In this document: positions 25,046 through 37,630 of the stretch, piece after piece | Layout of the letters: every line of letters starts with the position of its first letter | Position numbering within the stretch: the stretch's first letter is position 1 | Assembly: GCF_036321535.1 (NCBI RefSeq) | Contig: NC_087438.1 | Location: 3,660,001 to 3,724,000 of the forward strand | Source of the DNA: Camelus dromedarius | Lineage: Eukaryota | DNA length: 64,000 nt | Direction: 5' to 3' | The notes under the pieces: generated by a model | The model's input: only the letters and a program-made list of their open reading frames with translations | The model's database searches: none | Told to the model about the DNA's origin: nothing | Position numbers and translations under genes: made by a program

Positions 25046-25542
25046 GTGAGTGGTCTGTGCTGTTACATTTGTTCTCGTTCTTGACGATGTCTTGGTGGAA
25101 GGATAAATGTATAATAATATATGGTGACTGAGACTTCACTGTGGTAACTGATTTTACAGCCATCACAGCAGGTGCTTTTGCACTAAATTCATTTTCATTA
25201 CTCATACTCTTTCTTTAAAAATCAGTGCTTTATTCGACTCTGCCATAGATTAAGACTTCTGATGTTAGAACATTTTATTGATAATTGAACTCTTGATTCT
25301 CAGACATTAATTTTAATACGCATGCATGCACACACTTACATATACACACCAGGGTCCATAAACTGCTATAAATTACATTATAGTCTAATGTGATTTATAA
25401 AGTAAGTGTATCTTTCCTTGTTCATACCCAGGTTTTTTCCTACTTGCTCAGTAAGGGTAACATAACTGTACTTTCATAATTGGAAACTAGTTTCATGTTG
25501 TTTCTGTATTTTCTAAGCTGAATATACAAAAACTAAAATCAT

Positions 25543-25610
25543 TGTTTAAAAATATTTTAAATGTTTAAATATTTTAAATATTTTAATTGTTTAAATATTT
25601 TAAATATTTT
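25543..25610. repeat. AT-rich ~9-bp tandem repeat (AAATATTTT / AAATGTTT units)
   Basis: Directly visible. Confidence 0.7.
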
Positions 25611-26689
25611 GATCTCCCAGCCTCCCTCCCCAGGCCCTCCGGAGTGTGGAGCGTATTGTCTGACACTGAGGTTAGCTCCGCGTTTCTCATTTGAGCTGTC
25701 ATGTGGCTGAGCTGCCCTGGACTCACTCACTCTCCTCCTGGAGGGGGACTGCTCTTCCCATCTGTTTAGCAGATTTTTCCCTCATTTTGTCAAGTCATCA
25801 CATATGTGTCTTTTTACCCAAACCATGTACTACTTCAGATTCATGATTTTCTCTTATTTTATCTCTGATAGCTCTGTCAACTTAGGTAGCTTATAGAACC
25901 TAACCCATTAAGCATTTTTAATTAAAAGGAAGGGAGCCATTACACAGTCATATATCATCTGGAAGCACGTGCGTTTCCCACAGCCCAGTGATCCCGTAGC
26001 TGCGTTAGGCATACGCCCTGTCCCTTTCTCTGCAGTTAGTCGTGTGCTGAATACTCGTAACAGATGGTCTCAGATGACAGGTCTGGTGGCATGCAGTTAG
26101 CACTTTGATCTAATGGCAGGGAGTTACTTAAGAGTGATCAGTACCTTGAAATTTCTGATCTCTGAAGTACGTTTCTTTTTAACCTCAGTGCAAGACTTCC
26201 TGGGGGATTGTCCAGATGTTTACAGCTTCATCCTGGATTAGGAATTATCCAGGGAGTCACTGATCAGTAGGAATTTACTGAATGAAATGCCTGCTGTCTG
26301 CTGACTAACACTAAGCTCGTTCCTTTAGGGGCTACAGAGAACTAAAAGTCCTTTAGTGTCCCCATGCCTCGGTGTCTCCATAGTCAGCCCAGAGACGAGG
26401 TGGACGGACAGGTGTACGTCAACCTGTGGGGGGTCTGTAGTGTTGAGAATGTGGACACGCACAGTGGGCCTGTGAGATGAGGCTGCCCTAAAGCATGGGA
26501 CGAGGACTTGGATAAAACTGCACCCAGGCTCTGTCCTGGAGTCCTGCCCGGAGTCCTCCCAGGGGCAGGAGGGCGTGAGGCTGACCTTGAGCGATGGTGG
26601 GGAGAGGCTTCTGCTCTGAAGCAGGCTGGGGCCCCCAGGGCTGTTCGGCAAAGGAAGGCCCAGATGGCTGGGGTTGAAGGGAGAGGGGC

Positions 26690-27920
26690 TGTCCCATCTG
26701 GGTCCCCTGGAGAGACCCCCGGAGGGCTTTGTGCGCCATGTTTCCTGTGTCATTTATTGTTGTATCAGATGTGAAAACTGGGCCTTGGAAAAAATAGTTA
26801 TTCATTTGAAATTAATAATAATAAACTCATGTTAACATAATTGATATTTTTAATGGAAAATAACTATTTTGAAAGCAAAAAGAAAAGAAGAATGGAACGT
26901 TTTCTTGTGGCCGGCCTCTTCAGTGTCTGGGTGAGTGGAAGGGCTGGTTTCCTGTTGTTGCACTGCCTTCTGTCTCTGGCTGCCTGTTGTTTTGATTGAA
27001 GTGTTTGAGGAGAATCCAGTCTCGTGCAGATGTGTAGTTGATTTGGGGTACTTCAATAGCCTTTTCAGGCAACTGTGGATATTCTTCTTCCATTCGACAG
27101 TGGAACTCAACAAGTGATAATTTCTTAAAGGCTGGTGGCAGTGTGCAAGCTGAAACCTCGTCGGCGGACTTTGCTCCTTTGTTGTCCGAAAACCCACTGG
27201 TCTAGCTGACACCGAGGAGATCTCTGCCCACTCAGGGCCTTGTAACGTGCGCTGCTCTCGTGAGAAGTACTGATTTGCACAGATCTTCTGAACGTCAGCA
27301 ATGTCAGAACAGACGTTAACATCTTCACCGATCTCATCAGAGAGATCTTAAGTATTTGAAGCTGTCAAGCTTAGGGGAGCTGATGGAACTTTTTCCAAAA
27401 TTCTAATCTTGCTTGAGAGCTCAGATTTTATCATTGACAGCAGTGATACATTTCCTGCAATGACAGGTTCACTTTACTCGTTTTTGAGAAAATGTCTTTC
27501 TCGGTCTAGGTAGCCATGTTGTCCGTCGTTCTTTCAGTGGAAGTGGGTGTTTGAGGGAAGGAGCAGCCAGTTCCCCCCACAGCGAGGCAGCTGCACAGGG
27601 GCTGACCTGGAGACAGCCAGTGCTCTGCTTTGCCTGCCCGTCCACAGAAGACGGCAGTCGTGTGCCTGGGGGTCTGGAGTGGGTAAGAACCGCTGTCACT
27701 GCTTCATCAAGGACAGTCCACGTGGACTCAGCTTTTTTGACCGTGAGCTCCTGGCAGTGGAGAGTGACCCGCATGCAGCATTGGTGCCACGGCCCTGATG
27801 CCGCCTTCGCGCCGTCAGTCCACATCTCGGCGTGGGGAGGAAGCACGTAACTGCTGAGCAACCTGGAGGAGCAGCTCTGACCTCAAGGGCTCCCGGGTCC
27901 GTAGGCAGCTGAGAGCTGCT
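26690..27920. mobile_element. hAT Charlie1-like DNA transposon fossil
   Basis: Blocks aatagccttttcag..tgtggatattcttct, accgatctcatcaga, tttccaaaattctaat, actgcttcatcaaggaca and ttggtgccac match the recalled Charlie1 consensus in order. Confidence 0.75.
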
Positions 27921-28363
27921 GCCCTGCAGGGGGTGGCGGCTGTGTCGGCCCTGCTGCAGCAGCGCGCAGTCTGTGATGGGCCACGTCTTGCATTTCGTCT
28001 CCCCACCCCGCAGACGTTAGTCGTTTCACACTGAGCCTGCTGAAACCATTCATTCTGCTGAATTCCATTAATTATATGACACCTGGGAAAGCAACACACT
28101 GTGTGTCGTGTTTGTGTGAAAAACAGAAGCGGTGGTGAGTCGTGTAGCCAGCAAGCCCCCGCCCAGGACAAACGGAGCCCTGCTGGGTCCTGACACTTTA
28201 CCTTAACCTGTTTTCAAGCATAGGTACCCACTTTAACTTCGGTTCATCGTGAAGCTTAATGTACCTAATGTTATATGAAGGAAAATGTAAGTTTTAAATT
28301 CCTATGAGAAGTTAACATTTAACCAAAGGTCGTTTACATTTTGGTTTATTTTTTTCCCTCTAG

Positions 28364-28462
28364 GTCGTTTAGGCCAATTGGGTTTGAAGGAAGGGTTTCC
28401 ATCTGCTGTGAAAAATATTAGTGCGGTTATTGGTATGTTTATACAGCATGCCCAGGATGAAG
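28364..28462 (+). CDS. ICE1: ICE1 coding exon (~exon 18) GRLGQLGLKEGFPSAVKNISAVIGMFIQHAQDE
   Basis: ttttccctctag|GT acceptor, G|gtaaaa donor; phase 1 to 1; not in the ORF track. Confidence 0.94.
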
Positions 28463-30453
28463 GTAAAACTTTTGTTTATTATTTTTAAATCATTTGTGTT
28501 CCTCTTGCTGAACCTCTTTTTGAGTTCCTACTGTGGCCCTGCTCTGCTGTGCCCTGCTCGTGCGTCTCTGCTGGGGGTGAGGAGTGGGTGATTGTGGGAG
28601 CGGCGGTCTGTCTGCATCCTCAGCACTGGCATCTGACTGTGTGTGGGTTTCCTGTGGTGTCAGTGTGGCCGCGTGCCCCATGGGGCAGCGCCTCCCCGAG
28701 GAGGTGGGCTCACTGGCCGTCCAGCGCTGACCTCCTGTCTCAGCATGTCGGTACTCTCTTCCTGCTGCCCCGTGAACCCCGAAGGTTGACTGGACCTCAG
28801 CCACCTACAGGGGCCCAGCTGAAGCTGCGTCGCGATGACCAAACGAGGTCACGTGTGGAGTGCATGGCGGCCCCAGTGCAGTGCCAGCGGTCATTGCTCA
28901 GCATCGGGAGGGAGCGGGGACCTGGATGCCTTGTGAGGCGGCCTTCATGGTGGTGGCGTCCTCTGCTTCGTGTACCGCACGGCACGTGCTCTTACACGCT
29001 TACTCTTCTGTGGGAAGAGCTTAAAACTCAAAGTAACCCCTCAAAGTGATGAGTCTTTTATTTGAATGTTATGCGATCCAGGAGTGATGCAGTTACCCTC
29101 TTCCTTTCAGAGACACATGGGCACACCTGAAATTTAATGCCAGGTGCTCCTCCCGTGGGAAGTTCTTTGTCTTCCGCTTTCAGGGCGAGGCTTGGCAGGT
29201 CGAGCTGATGAGAACTGCTTTCTCTTTGACTTTAGCAGAGCTGCTGAGGGTGCGCGTGACAGTGCCCCCTTTCATGGGCTCAACCATGTATCACCGTCAG
29301 AGAGCAGCCAGCAGAGCGAGCGGCTGACGGGTGTCTTCCCGCCGCGCTGTGGGCGCCCCTCTCGGCAGCGTGGCCCCGCTCCCAGGAGCCAGGGCCTCGC
29401 GCTGGGTTAGGCCCTGTGCTGGGCCCTGCCCCACAGCGCAGCCCGGGAGCCCCAGGACGACTGTCCGAGGGGTGGTCTTGACTTGTTTTATGCACAGGAA
29501 ACAAGCCCCAGGAGAAGAGGGCTTAAGGCCTGGGGTGGTCAGCGCCGCCAGCCCACGGCCGGGCTCCCCGCGCCCAGCGCGCAGCCCTGCACGGGGCGCG
29601 CGCCCCCGCCGGCTGCAGTCGTCGTGAATTGCTGCTTCTCTTACCGTTAGACCCGGGTCTCCGTCTGCACCGCGTGCCGGCCCTGTGCTGCTCTCGCTGC
29701 CCTGCAGATTAGGGGAGGGCAGCTTTACATTTGCATGTGTGGGTTTTGTGACGGCGTCTCTTCGCTTTTAAATAGTAGTAGTTTGCCCTGTAGGGTATTT
29801 CATCACTAACAGTATATACTTAATAATAAATTTTAATGAAATAACTCCGAAAATTAAAAAAATTAAATTTGAATTAAGTAACTGCTAAATACACTTACGA
29901 GAGTCTAAATGAGAACTCTATACCGTAACCTCTAACCCAGTCTACAGTTAAATGCCATGATCTGTAATCTAGTGTGTGAAGGTGTGGTGTGAGAATAGCT
30001 TCTCGTTTGCTCTTACTTTGCTGGTTTCCGTTTCCAAAGTCCACTTACAAATACTTCCGGTGGGTATTTAATGGAGTCATTTACCTGATAATGCTCTGGG
30101 GCCCGCATTTTGTCAGAACTTAACCGTGTGGGGTGTGATCCTTCCAGAACTGGCTGGCAAGCCTGGTCACGAGAGGACGCAGCTTCAGGCTGTGCCCTCC
30201 ACCCCGGCTCTCACTGCCCTCGGGGCGACCCTAGGAACCTGTATCCAGCTGCTCTGGTTTGGGGATTTTTTTCCCTATCTATAGAAGGGACTTAAATGAA
30301 TTTTTTCATTGTCGAATTTATTTTTAATTTTTGGTTTTCATTGCTGGTAGATATTATTCTGTATTTGAGTAGTATTTCAGTAGATTAACAACATAAAACA
30401 TTTTGAATAACGAAGATTTTCTCCTTGTTGACTGACATGAAAACTCTTTTCAG

Positions 30454-30635
30454 ATATACCGTGGGGTATACAGCTGGCAGCCGTGTACGCTCTGTGTGAC
30501 CTGAGTCCCAGCAATCCCGCGGAAATATCCAAGATCCTGGAAGCCTGGCGCAGAGAGACGGCGCACAGCGTGCCCTCGGCCGTGGTCGGCTACCTGCAGG
30601 AGGTCAGCGCGCTGTGCGCCGACGAGCTGGCCTGA
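30454..30635 (+). CDS. ICE1: ICE1 last coding exon DIPWGIQLAAVYALCDLSPSNPAEISKILEAWRRE...LCADELA*
   Basis: Branch-like ACTGAC at 30431, ttttcag|AT acceptor, in-frame TGA at 30633-30635. Confidence 0.94.
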
Positions 30636-31128
30636 CCCGGCTCGCGCCTGGAGAAGTGCCTTCCCGCGTCCCAGCGGGAGCAGATCAGTCCGCGTCAGGA
30701 TGCAGACCAAGGTTGCAGAGAGCGAGACCTGAGGGAGAAAAAGGCGCCGAGAGGCTCTCCTCTCTGTGGCAGAGGCAGGGGAGCGCGCAGAGGCTGTTTT
30801 CCCCCAGACCACACACATCTCATCAGTGATCTTGTGACGTATGCATTGTGTTTCGTTGTGTCTTGGTCAAACAACAAAAACTTGAACTTAGCCCTTTTTT
30901 TGCTGCAGAAAGTGTCCTTTTAGTCGCTTTTTAAAATTGAGTGGCATTTTGTAATGAATTTAATATAAAAACATTGATTTGGTTCCTGAGCCAATTTTGG
31001 ACTTTGTGCCCAAATGACTGACTAGGAAAAAATGAGGTGGCCCAAAAGCTGGGAGGCCCGTCTGCTGTCTTAGCTGGAAATGGGCTGCAGAGTTCCCCTC
31101 CAGGTGTCGTGCACAGCTGATCAGAGTA

Positions 31129-31134
31129 AATAAA
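31129..31134 (+). terminator. Possible proximal polyadenylation signal
   Basis: AATAAA within the 3'UTR. Confidence 0.35.
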
Positions 31135-31453
31135 ACAGGGAGAGCCTTTAGAAACCCACGTTAGTGCATTTCTTCGTATCTCTAAAGTCCTTAAAAATAT
31201 TTAACTACGTGTCAGTAAAAGGAGCAGAGCAGACGTCTCCGCGGGCGCCTGCGTGAGCGTGTGCAGACAGGCGCGGGCGGGCGCGCCCCTGCGCGCGCCG
31301 TGTGCACGTGAGCAGCTATGATGTGTCTCACATTTGATGGTGTTCCACTTTCGGAATTTTAGTGTTTGTACATAGAAATGGGTTTAATAACTCACCATGG
31401 TCCTGATTGTCGTATTTTCATCATTTCTTAAAACTCTTGTATGTGTTTTTTAT

Positions 31454-31466
31454 AATAAAAAATAAA
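31454..31466 (+). terminator. Tandem polyadenylation signals AATAAA-A-AATAAA
   Basis: AATAAA at 31454-31459 and 31461-31466, with upstream TGTA and U-rich elements. Confidence 0.8.
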
Positions 31467-31839
31467 AGTAAGCCATGCACATTATTGTCCTGATGAGTAG
31501 AGTCGCACATGGCCTTACTTCTGTTCCAACCAAAGTTGAAGAGAAAACCCTGCACTAAAGCAAAGCCACAGAGCAGCGGCCTCCAGAGGAGACCCCCCGG
31601 GTAGAGGCGCGGTCACTGCCAGTACTTAGCTGATTTTCCGTGTTCTCCCGCGGGCTCTTAGTGATAGCAGACACCGCTGGCCCTCCGTCCTTGGTTTGTC
31701 CGTCTAACTGCAGTCACTGCCCTTTGACAATTGTGTTGTCACTCCCTCCTCCTGTTTTTAAGTGATTATCACGAACAGATTTATAAACAGCTCTGCCTTG
31801 CCCTTTGCACGCTGTAGTTGGTGTGTTGCTTCTTTCTGC

Positions 31840-32660
31840 CACTGCTTAGTGAGCACGTGCTCTGAGCCAAGGCCTTGCTGAGAGGAGCTGGTGATCAGCT
31901 GGTAGAGAAGAACCCTGCCCAGGCACCCTGATCAGTGAACAGTCAACAATGTCAGTAAGTGCAGTGAGGGAGACATGGGGGTCTGTGGTAGGAGAGTGGG
32001 AGACCCCTCTCTGTCTCTTTTGGCTAAGGAGGGTCCCTCTGAGGCAAAGGGACCTGCCTGGAAAGGAGGGCACCCTGACAGGTGTCCGGGACAGGTGTGC
32101 ACGGCTCTGCTCTGAGAGGGCAAGAGCCTGCCATGCGTGGGCAAGAGGCTGGTGTGGGCAGAACATGCTATGTAAGGGGGCGAGCTTCCTTTGTTCGGTG
32201 ACACGGGTAAACCGCCAGTCACTGGGACCTGGGCAGCCCTGGGCTTGGTCACACTCGCTGGTCGGGAGGTTTGAGCAGAGGCGTCAGATGAGCACAGCTC
32301 ACCAGGCTGCTCTGTGACGGGGAAGGGGGGCGAGGCGTGGAGCAGGCCTATCCAGGAGTCAGCGCTCATGGTGCTGGTGGCCGTGCAGACCATCGGGGTG
32401 GGTGTCACATGGGTCTTGGAGGTGGAATCAGTGTTGAGTTTGTGGCCTGGGGGTGAGGGACAGGTGGGAATCAAGATTGCCAGGGTGTTGATTTGGGCAC
32501 CTGGGCTTGGGGACACAAACCCTAGGTATATGTTTGGGACATGATACATCCAAGTGGAGGTGACAGGGAGCCTTTACTGGCAAAAGGCTGGAGTTCAGGC
32601 AAGAAGGGGCAAAAGTTAGGGAGTGGGTAAGAGCTTGGAGGCTGTTTAAAGCTGGGAGTG
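31840..32660 (-). mobile_element. LINE-2 remnant
   Basis: tgagcacgtgctctgagccaagg start followed by typical L2 minus-strand purine-rich blocks. Confidence 0.5.
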
Positions 32661-35600
32661 CGTGCGTGGTAACCTAGGGAGAAGGGTAACTTCCTGGCTC
32701 AGCACCTCTGTGGTTTGAAGCTGTGTGGGAGAGGGAGGAGGAGGAGACCCCCCAGGGCAGGAGGTGGCCGTGCAGCACCTTGGCTGCTCCCTTGCCCCAG
32801 CCTGGAAGGCCAGAGGTAGGCAGCCGACCGACCGCCGGAGCCGCCAGTGGAGGAGCGGGGCGGTGGGTGGCCTCTGCTTCCTGCGGGGGTGGTGAGCCCG
32901 TGGGCATTTCCCAGGGAAGACGGGCTTAGAGAACGCTGCCGGGTCAGAGGGGTGAGGGAGAGAGCGGGTCTGCAGACTCAGTTTTGGGGAAGATGCGCCC
33001 AGAGAACAGGTGTATCACATGGTTCAAACGTTAGTTTAAGCTCAACAGTTGCACGCGTTCTAACTGGGGGTGAGGTGCACCTGACAGCCCCCCCGCGGTG
33101 CGGAAGCCCCTCGTCAGCACGGCGCTGACTCCACAGGCCTGAGCCTGCTCAGGGTCTCCCTCAGAGGGTGAAGCAGTTTTAAGCTGTTGTTAAGTTTAGT
33201 TTCTGGTCCCCAGGCAGAAGTTGTAGAGTTTTATCGTTTAAAAAAGCTGAATAAACACGAAAAGGTGGGTAAGCCTGTGAGCCTGGAGTTGGGCGGGGCT
33301 TCAGGCCGGCGTCGGCCTGTGGGCCCGGGAGGCGCACGGGGCCAGGGGCTCGGGCTGGCCCTGCAGGCAGCCCGGACGGGGCGCAGGGGGGCCTGGCCCG
33401 CCCTGCCTGCAGCCGTGCGGCGAGGGCAGGTGACAGCAGTGTTCTTAGTGGACGTCTGGGCCTTGTCCTCATGCACATTCCTAGGGAGGTCCCCGCTTTT
33501 CACTACAAGCACAAAATCAGCCTGTAGGTGACACTTCAGGCTGTGATCCCCGCCGCCCCCCAAGAATACCAGGTCACACTGCTTGCTTTGTTTATTAAGG
33601 TGGGATGTGGCCACATCTCTCAGATTTTCACTGTAGCGACGCTGTGTCCTTGGACGCGGCGGCCGTTAGGGGGCGCCGTGGCCCCACTGTGAACAGCAGC
33701 GTCGGGCGCACAAAGGGCCCCTCGGGCTGCAGTTTGCTCTACGGGAGCCTTTCCGTTTGTATTTTGAGCCTTGAAGAGAGTGAGCTTTACTGCCTTGGCC
33801 CATTATGTCCAGAAGCAAGTAGGAAAAACAGGTGGAAAGAGTAACATGTGGACTCAGTGGTATTCGAGGTAATAGCCCCCCTGCCCCCACCCCGAATAAG
33901 TAGAAGCAAATACTTTCCCTGTTTGGTCAGATTCTTTCCTGGGCATTTTTTAATGATCCTAAAGCAAAATGCTTTGACCAAAAAAAAAAAGTGCCAGGTG
34001 TGAGAGTGACGGTGGGAGGACGGTTCTGTGACACGCTGGATGGCGTGGGTCCCCTGCCCACAGGGACGCATCAGCTGCTTTCACACCGCACCCCGACACC
34101 TGCTGTCCTGCAGGGCCACGGCACGGACTCCGTGGTGCGCACGGCTCGGTCTGACCAGCCCGCCTCACTGCGACTGAGGACCCAAGAGTCTCCCTGAGGG
34201 GTGTTCCAGAAATTTGAGGGACTTTGGAAAGTAAGACAGAGCCATTAACTTAAACGCTTTCCTCTCTTCATCTCTTCATTTGCCTGACACTTTCTCAGAG
34301 AAATTCAGTGTGCTCGTTTTGCTTGTGAAGCAAACGAGAAGTCCCTTTTCTTGCCTCTAAAGAGAATTTTAAGGAAGACCTGCTTTAACAGCGTGACATC
34401 TGCCTTCGTGTGCTCCCGTTATTGTTATGAACTAAAGAGCCGCCACCGTACTGTAGTCAGTTTGTTCAGCGAAAGCATTGTGACCATGTAGCCAAAGACA
34501 GAATGGTGAGTGAGAAGCTGTGAGACAGGGTTCAACCCAGTTTTATGAAAATGGAAGCATCCATTTGTGAAGGACTTCAGGTCTGGGGAAGGACTGTAGG
34601 ACCAGGGCTTCCTGCCTGTGCTTGGAACCGGCCCTCTGCGGGGCTCTGCTTCTGCTGGGAACCGTGGTGCTGCCCGGGCACCTGTCCAGGGGCTGGATCC
34701 TGGGGACAAGGCGGGATGTGAGGCGGGCTGACCCCCAGACCAGCGGTTCTCACAGGGCACGGCCTCACCCGGGGGCTGTCCGGTGTGTGCAAGCCTCCAG
34801 GTGAGACGCGTGCTCCCTGCAGCGTGGGAGCCCTGTCCTGCCCTGGGCACCACCTGTTCTCCCGGGCCCTCTGTGTTCAGGTCAGATCTCCGCTGTCCAG
34901 GTAGCCGGGCCCCTGTCCCCTTCCTGACCCGTGTCAGTGGGAATTTGGGAGAAGATGAGGTGTGCACATTAACTGCCTTCCACCCTCTGGAACTGAATCT
35001 AGTCCCTGTCTCTTGTTTTTCATTTTTTTATGTCATCTTTAAGAATGTTATTTTTCCCTAACAAATAGCCATTGATTGCTGCTCGGGAGATAATTTCACC
35101 CTAAATCGTGAGCGTTCAACTGACAAAACTCCACAGAGGAGGAAACGGGGGGTGGGAGAAGTGAACCCCGACCCTGACCCCACCACCCTTGGCTTTCACA
35201 GAAGGGCCACTCTTGGCTGCCGTGTTCTTATATATAAATTTGTATTATTAAATATCCATTTTAATGGTTTAAGTTTCAATCCAACGTGTTTTATTATTTG
35301 ATTTAATCTTTTCATCCTAGTTTTGTGTGCATGTAGTGAATGAAATGTCAAAACAGGTCACACACTGGAATGTCTGTCCCTGTCGCTCAGGCCCTGATTT
35401 CCCAGGCAGCTCTGTGACCAGGCTGTGGGCTTCCTTCCAGAGACCCCAGGTCCACAGAGGTGAGGGTCCTGTGCCCACCCCCAGCTCCTTCCGATGGAGC
35501 CAGAACCTAAGGGCCTCACCTGCTCTGCTCCCCTCCTGAGGTCCCTGGAGGGTAGCAACAGACTCAGACACTTCCCCCGTCTCCCACCTGCTTTTCCACT

Positions 35601-36822
35601 GGGGAAGTTGTCCCCAAGGGTGGAAGGCGCGGGCAAGGGAGCACTTCGGGTTAACTGAGCAGCCGATCCTGCCAGGAGGTCAGGTCTGGAGGGCTGTCCC
35701 TCTGCTCTGCCCCTCTCCCCGGGGCTGCTGTCCTCTTGTCCCCCGAGGGAGGAGAGCCCCACATGCCCACACCTCGCCTCTGCTCCCCACTGACTTGGGG
35801 GGCAGGCGAGTGTTGCGGGGTCTCCACCCAGCTGTCACCCCAGGCAGCACGAACACCGCAGCTCCTGACTCCAAGGACGTTTGTTTGTGTTCCCTAAACT
35901 CCAGGCCAACCTCAGTTAGCTTCTTCAAAGCAGCCTTAATAGAGACGCAGCAAAGCCTGAGAGGAGGTGACCATTCTGATTTCTGAATAAAAACCGCGTT
36001 TCATGTTTCGTGACAGTTCTTAAAGGAAAAGAGCGCCTGTGCTGTCTCGGGGGCTGGCTTTTAGAGGCAGCCGGCGCCTTTATGATGAGGTCACCTTGTG
36101 CCGCGCACGGGTGAGCCTGCGTCACCGTGCCCATTCACGCCTGCTCCGCTCCTGCTGTGCTGAAGGCGCCTTGGTCACTCGGACTCAGGAGGGGCCTGGA
36201 GCTGGGAGGTGACTGACAAGGTGGTGAAGCCCCAAACACGAGTGCCCGGCACTGCCCTGCCCTGCCGGGACTCCTTGCCCGGCGTGGCCCTCGGTGGGGG
36301 GACCTGGCCCACCTGCCTCCTCCGGCCTGTCTGTCAGGTGCCTGCGGATAACTGGGGGCTTTTTAAGAGAAAACCACGGTCATGTTTGCAAGTGTTTGGA
36401 CAGTCCAAATCCGACCTCCAGGAGCGGCCTTCGTAGGAAGACCTGGGGCGTCAGTGTGCTTCTGCAGGAGGGAGATCTGCTGACCTATATCCCTCTATTT
36501 TTTTCAACCATTGCTTCACCTTTGGAGAAAAAATAGTAAGTTTCTGGAGAAAGAGGAGTGAGTTCTCACAGAGGCATTTAGCCTGCAGGGGCTTCTTTTT
36601 CTGAGTGGAGTCCCCTGCCCCCACTGTCCTGACCCTGCAGAGGAGGGCCAAGGTCACGTGACCCCAAGGCACCATCCCTTTGGGGAGCGCCCATCGGTCG
36701 TTGATCCAGAGGCCAGCAGGACTTCAGCTCAGGCTTCTGCTCCCACATCACCCCGAGGAGAACCTGCCAGTGTGGGGCGTTTCCTGCCTCTGGAGTCTTG
36801 TTCGCATGCAAATATCTAGAAA

Positions 36823-37203
36823 AGTGTATGTGGAATCTAAACAATGATACAAATGAATTTATTTTCAAAACAGAGAGAGACTCATAGACACAGAAAACAA
36901 ATTTATGGTTACCAAATGGGAAAAGGAGAGTAAGGTAACTTAGGAGTTTGGGATTAACAGTTACACATCACTGTATGTAAAATAAAGAACAAGAACCTCC
37001 CGTACAGCACAGGGAACTGTATTGAAAGCTTGTAATAGCCTATAATGAGAAAGAATCTGAAAAATTATATACATATATATATACACACACATATACATAT
37101 ATGTGTGTGTATATATAGACAATCTGAATCACCTTGCTGTACACCTGAAATTAACACAACATTGTAAATCAACTATACTTCAATTAAAAAGAAAAGAAAA
37201 GAA
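36823..37203 (+). mobile_element. Cetartiodactyl-type L1 3' end with internal (TA/CA)n and A-rich tail
   Basis: atgtggaatcta..acaaatgaatttatt..ggttacc..gctgtacacctgaaattaacacaacattgtaaatcaactatacttcaattaaaaa. Confidence 0.85.
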
Positions 37204-37344
37204 GAGCATAGTTGGGTTCTGTTGTGGTGACAGTTGCGCCCCAGAGTCATGCTGTCAGTTGCGGAGCCATGTCATCGAGCAAGGGTGAGACCAGGAGAAC
37301 CAAACATGACCCATGTGCCGCCTTAAAAGCTGAAGAAGTGCTTT

Positions 37345-37630
37345 ATGCTCAACATCATTCGTCATGAGAGAAATGCAAATTTAAGCCACGGGCACTAATC
37401 TGCCTTTTGATGGCTAATGTTGAAAAGACACATCTTGCCAAATGCTGGCAAAGTGATGCTGAGCATTTTCATGCGTTTTTGTCATCATACATCTTTCTTT
37501 GCTAAAATGTCTGTTCAAATCTGTTGCCCACTTTTTTATTGAGTCAGTTTTTGCCTTTTTACCATAGAATTTGAGAGTTCTTTTTATATTGTGGATACAA
37601 GTTCTTTATCAGCATGTGATTTGTGCTTTT
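37345..37630. mobile_element. Old L1 ORF2 fragment with internal inversion
   Basis: + strand piece 37345-37453 abuts a - strand piece 37454-37630. Confidence 0.6.

Larger units (their letters stand above)
1481..31480 (+). other. ICE1: ICE1 gene, 5'-partial (12 exons, probably exons 8-19); little elongation complex subunit 1
   Basis: Spliced translation matches recalled ICE1/KIAA0947 from EAAVKQTQDFKQ to the C-terminus. Exon lengths 83+40+57+87+389+4737+169+161+191+107+99+182=6302 nt keep one open frame. The 5' exons lie upstream of the window. Confidence 0.96.
30636..31480 (+). other. ICE1: ICE1 3'UTR (end approximate)
   Basis: Lies between the stop codon and the tandem AATAAA signals; contains U-rich blocks. 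Confidence 0.75.

Noticed and set aside
31932..32549. 205-aa minus-strand ORF
   Set aside because: Lies within a degraded L2-like region; no supportable product
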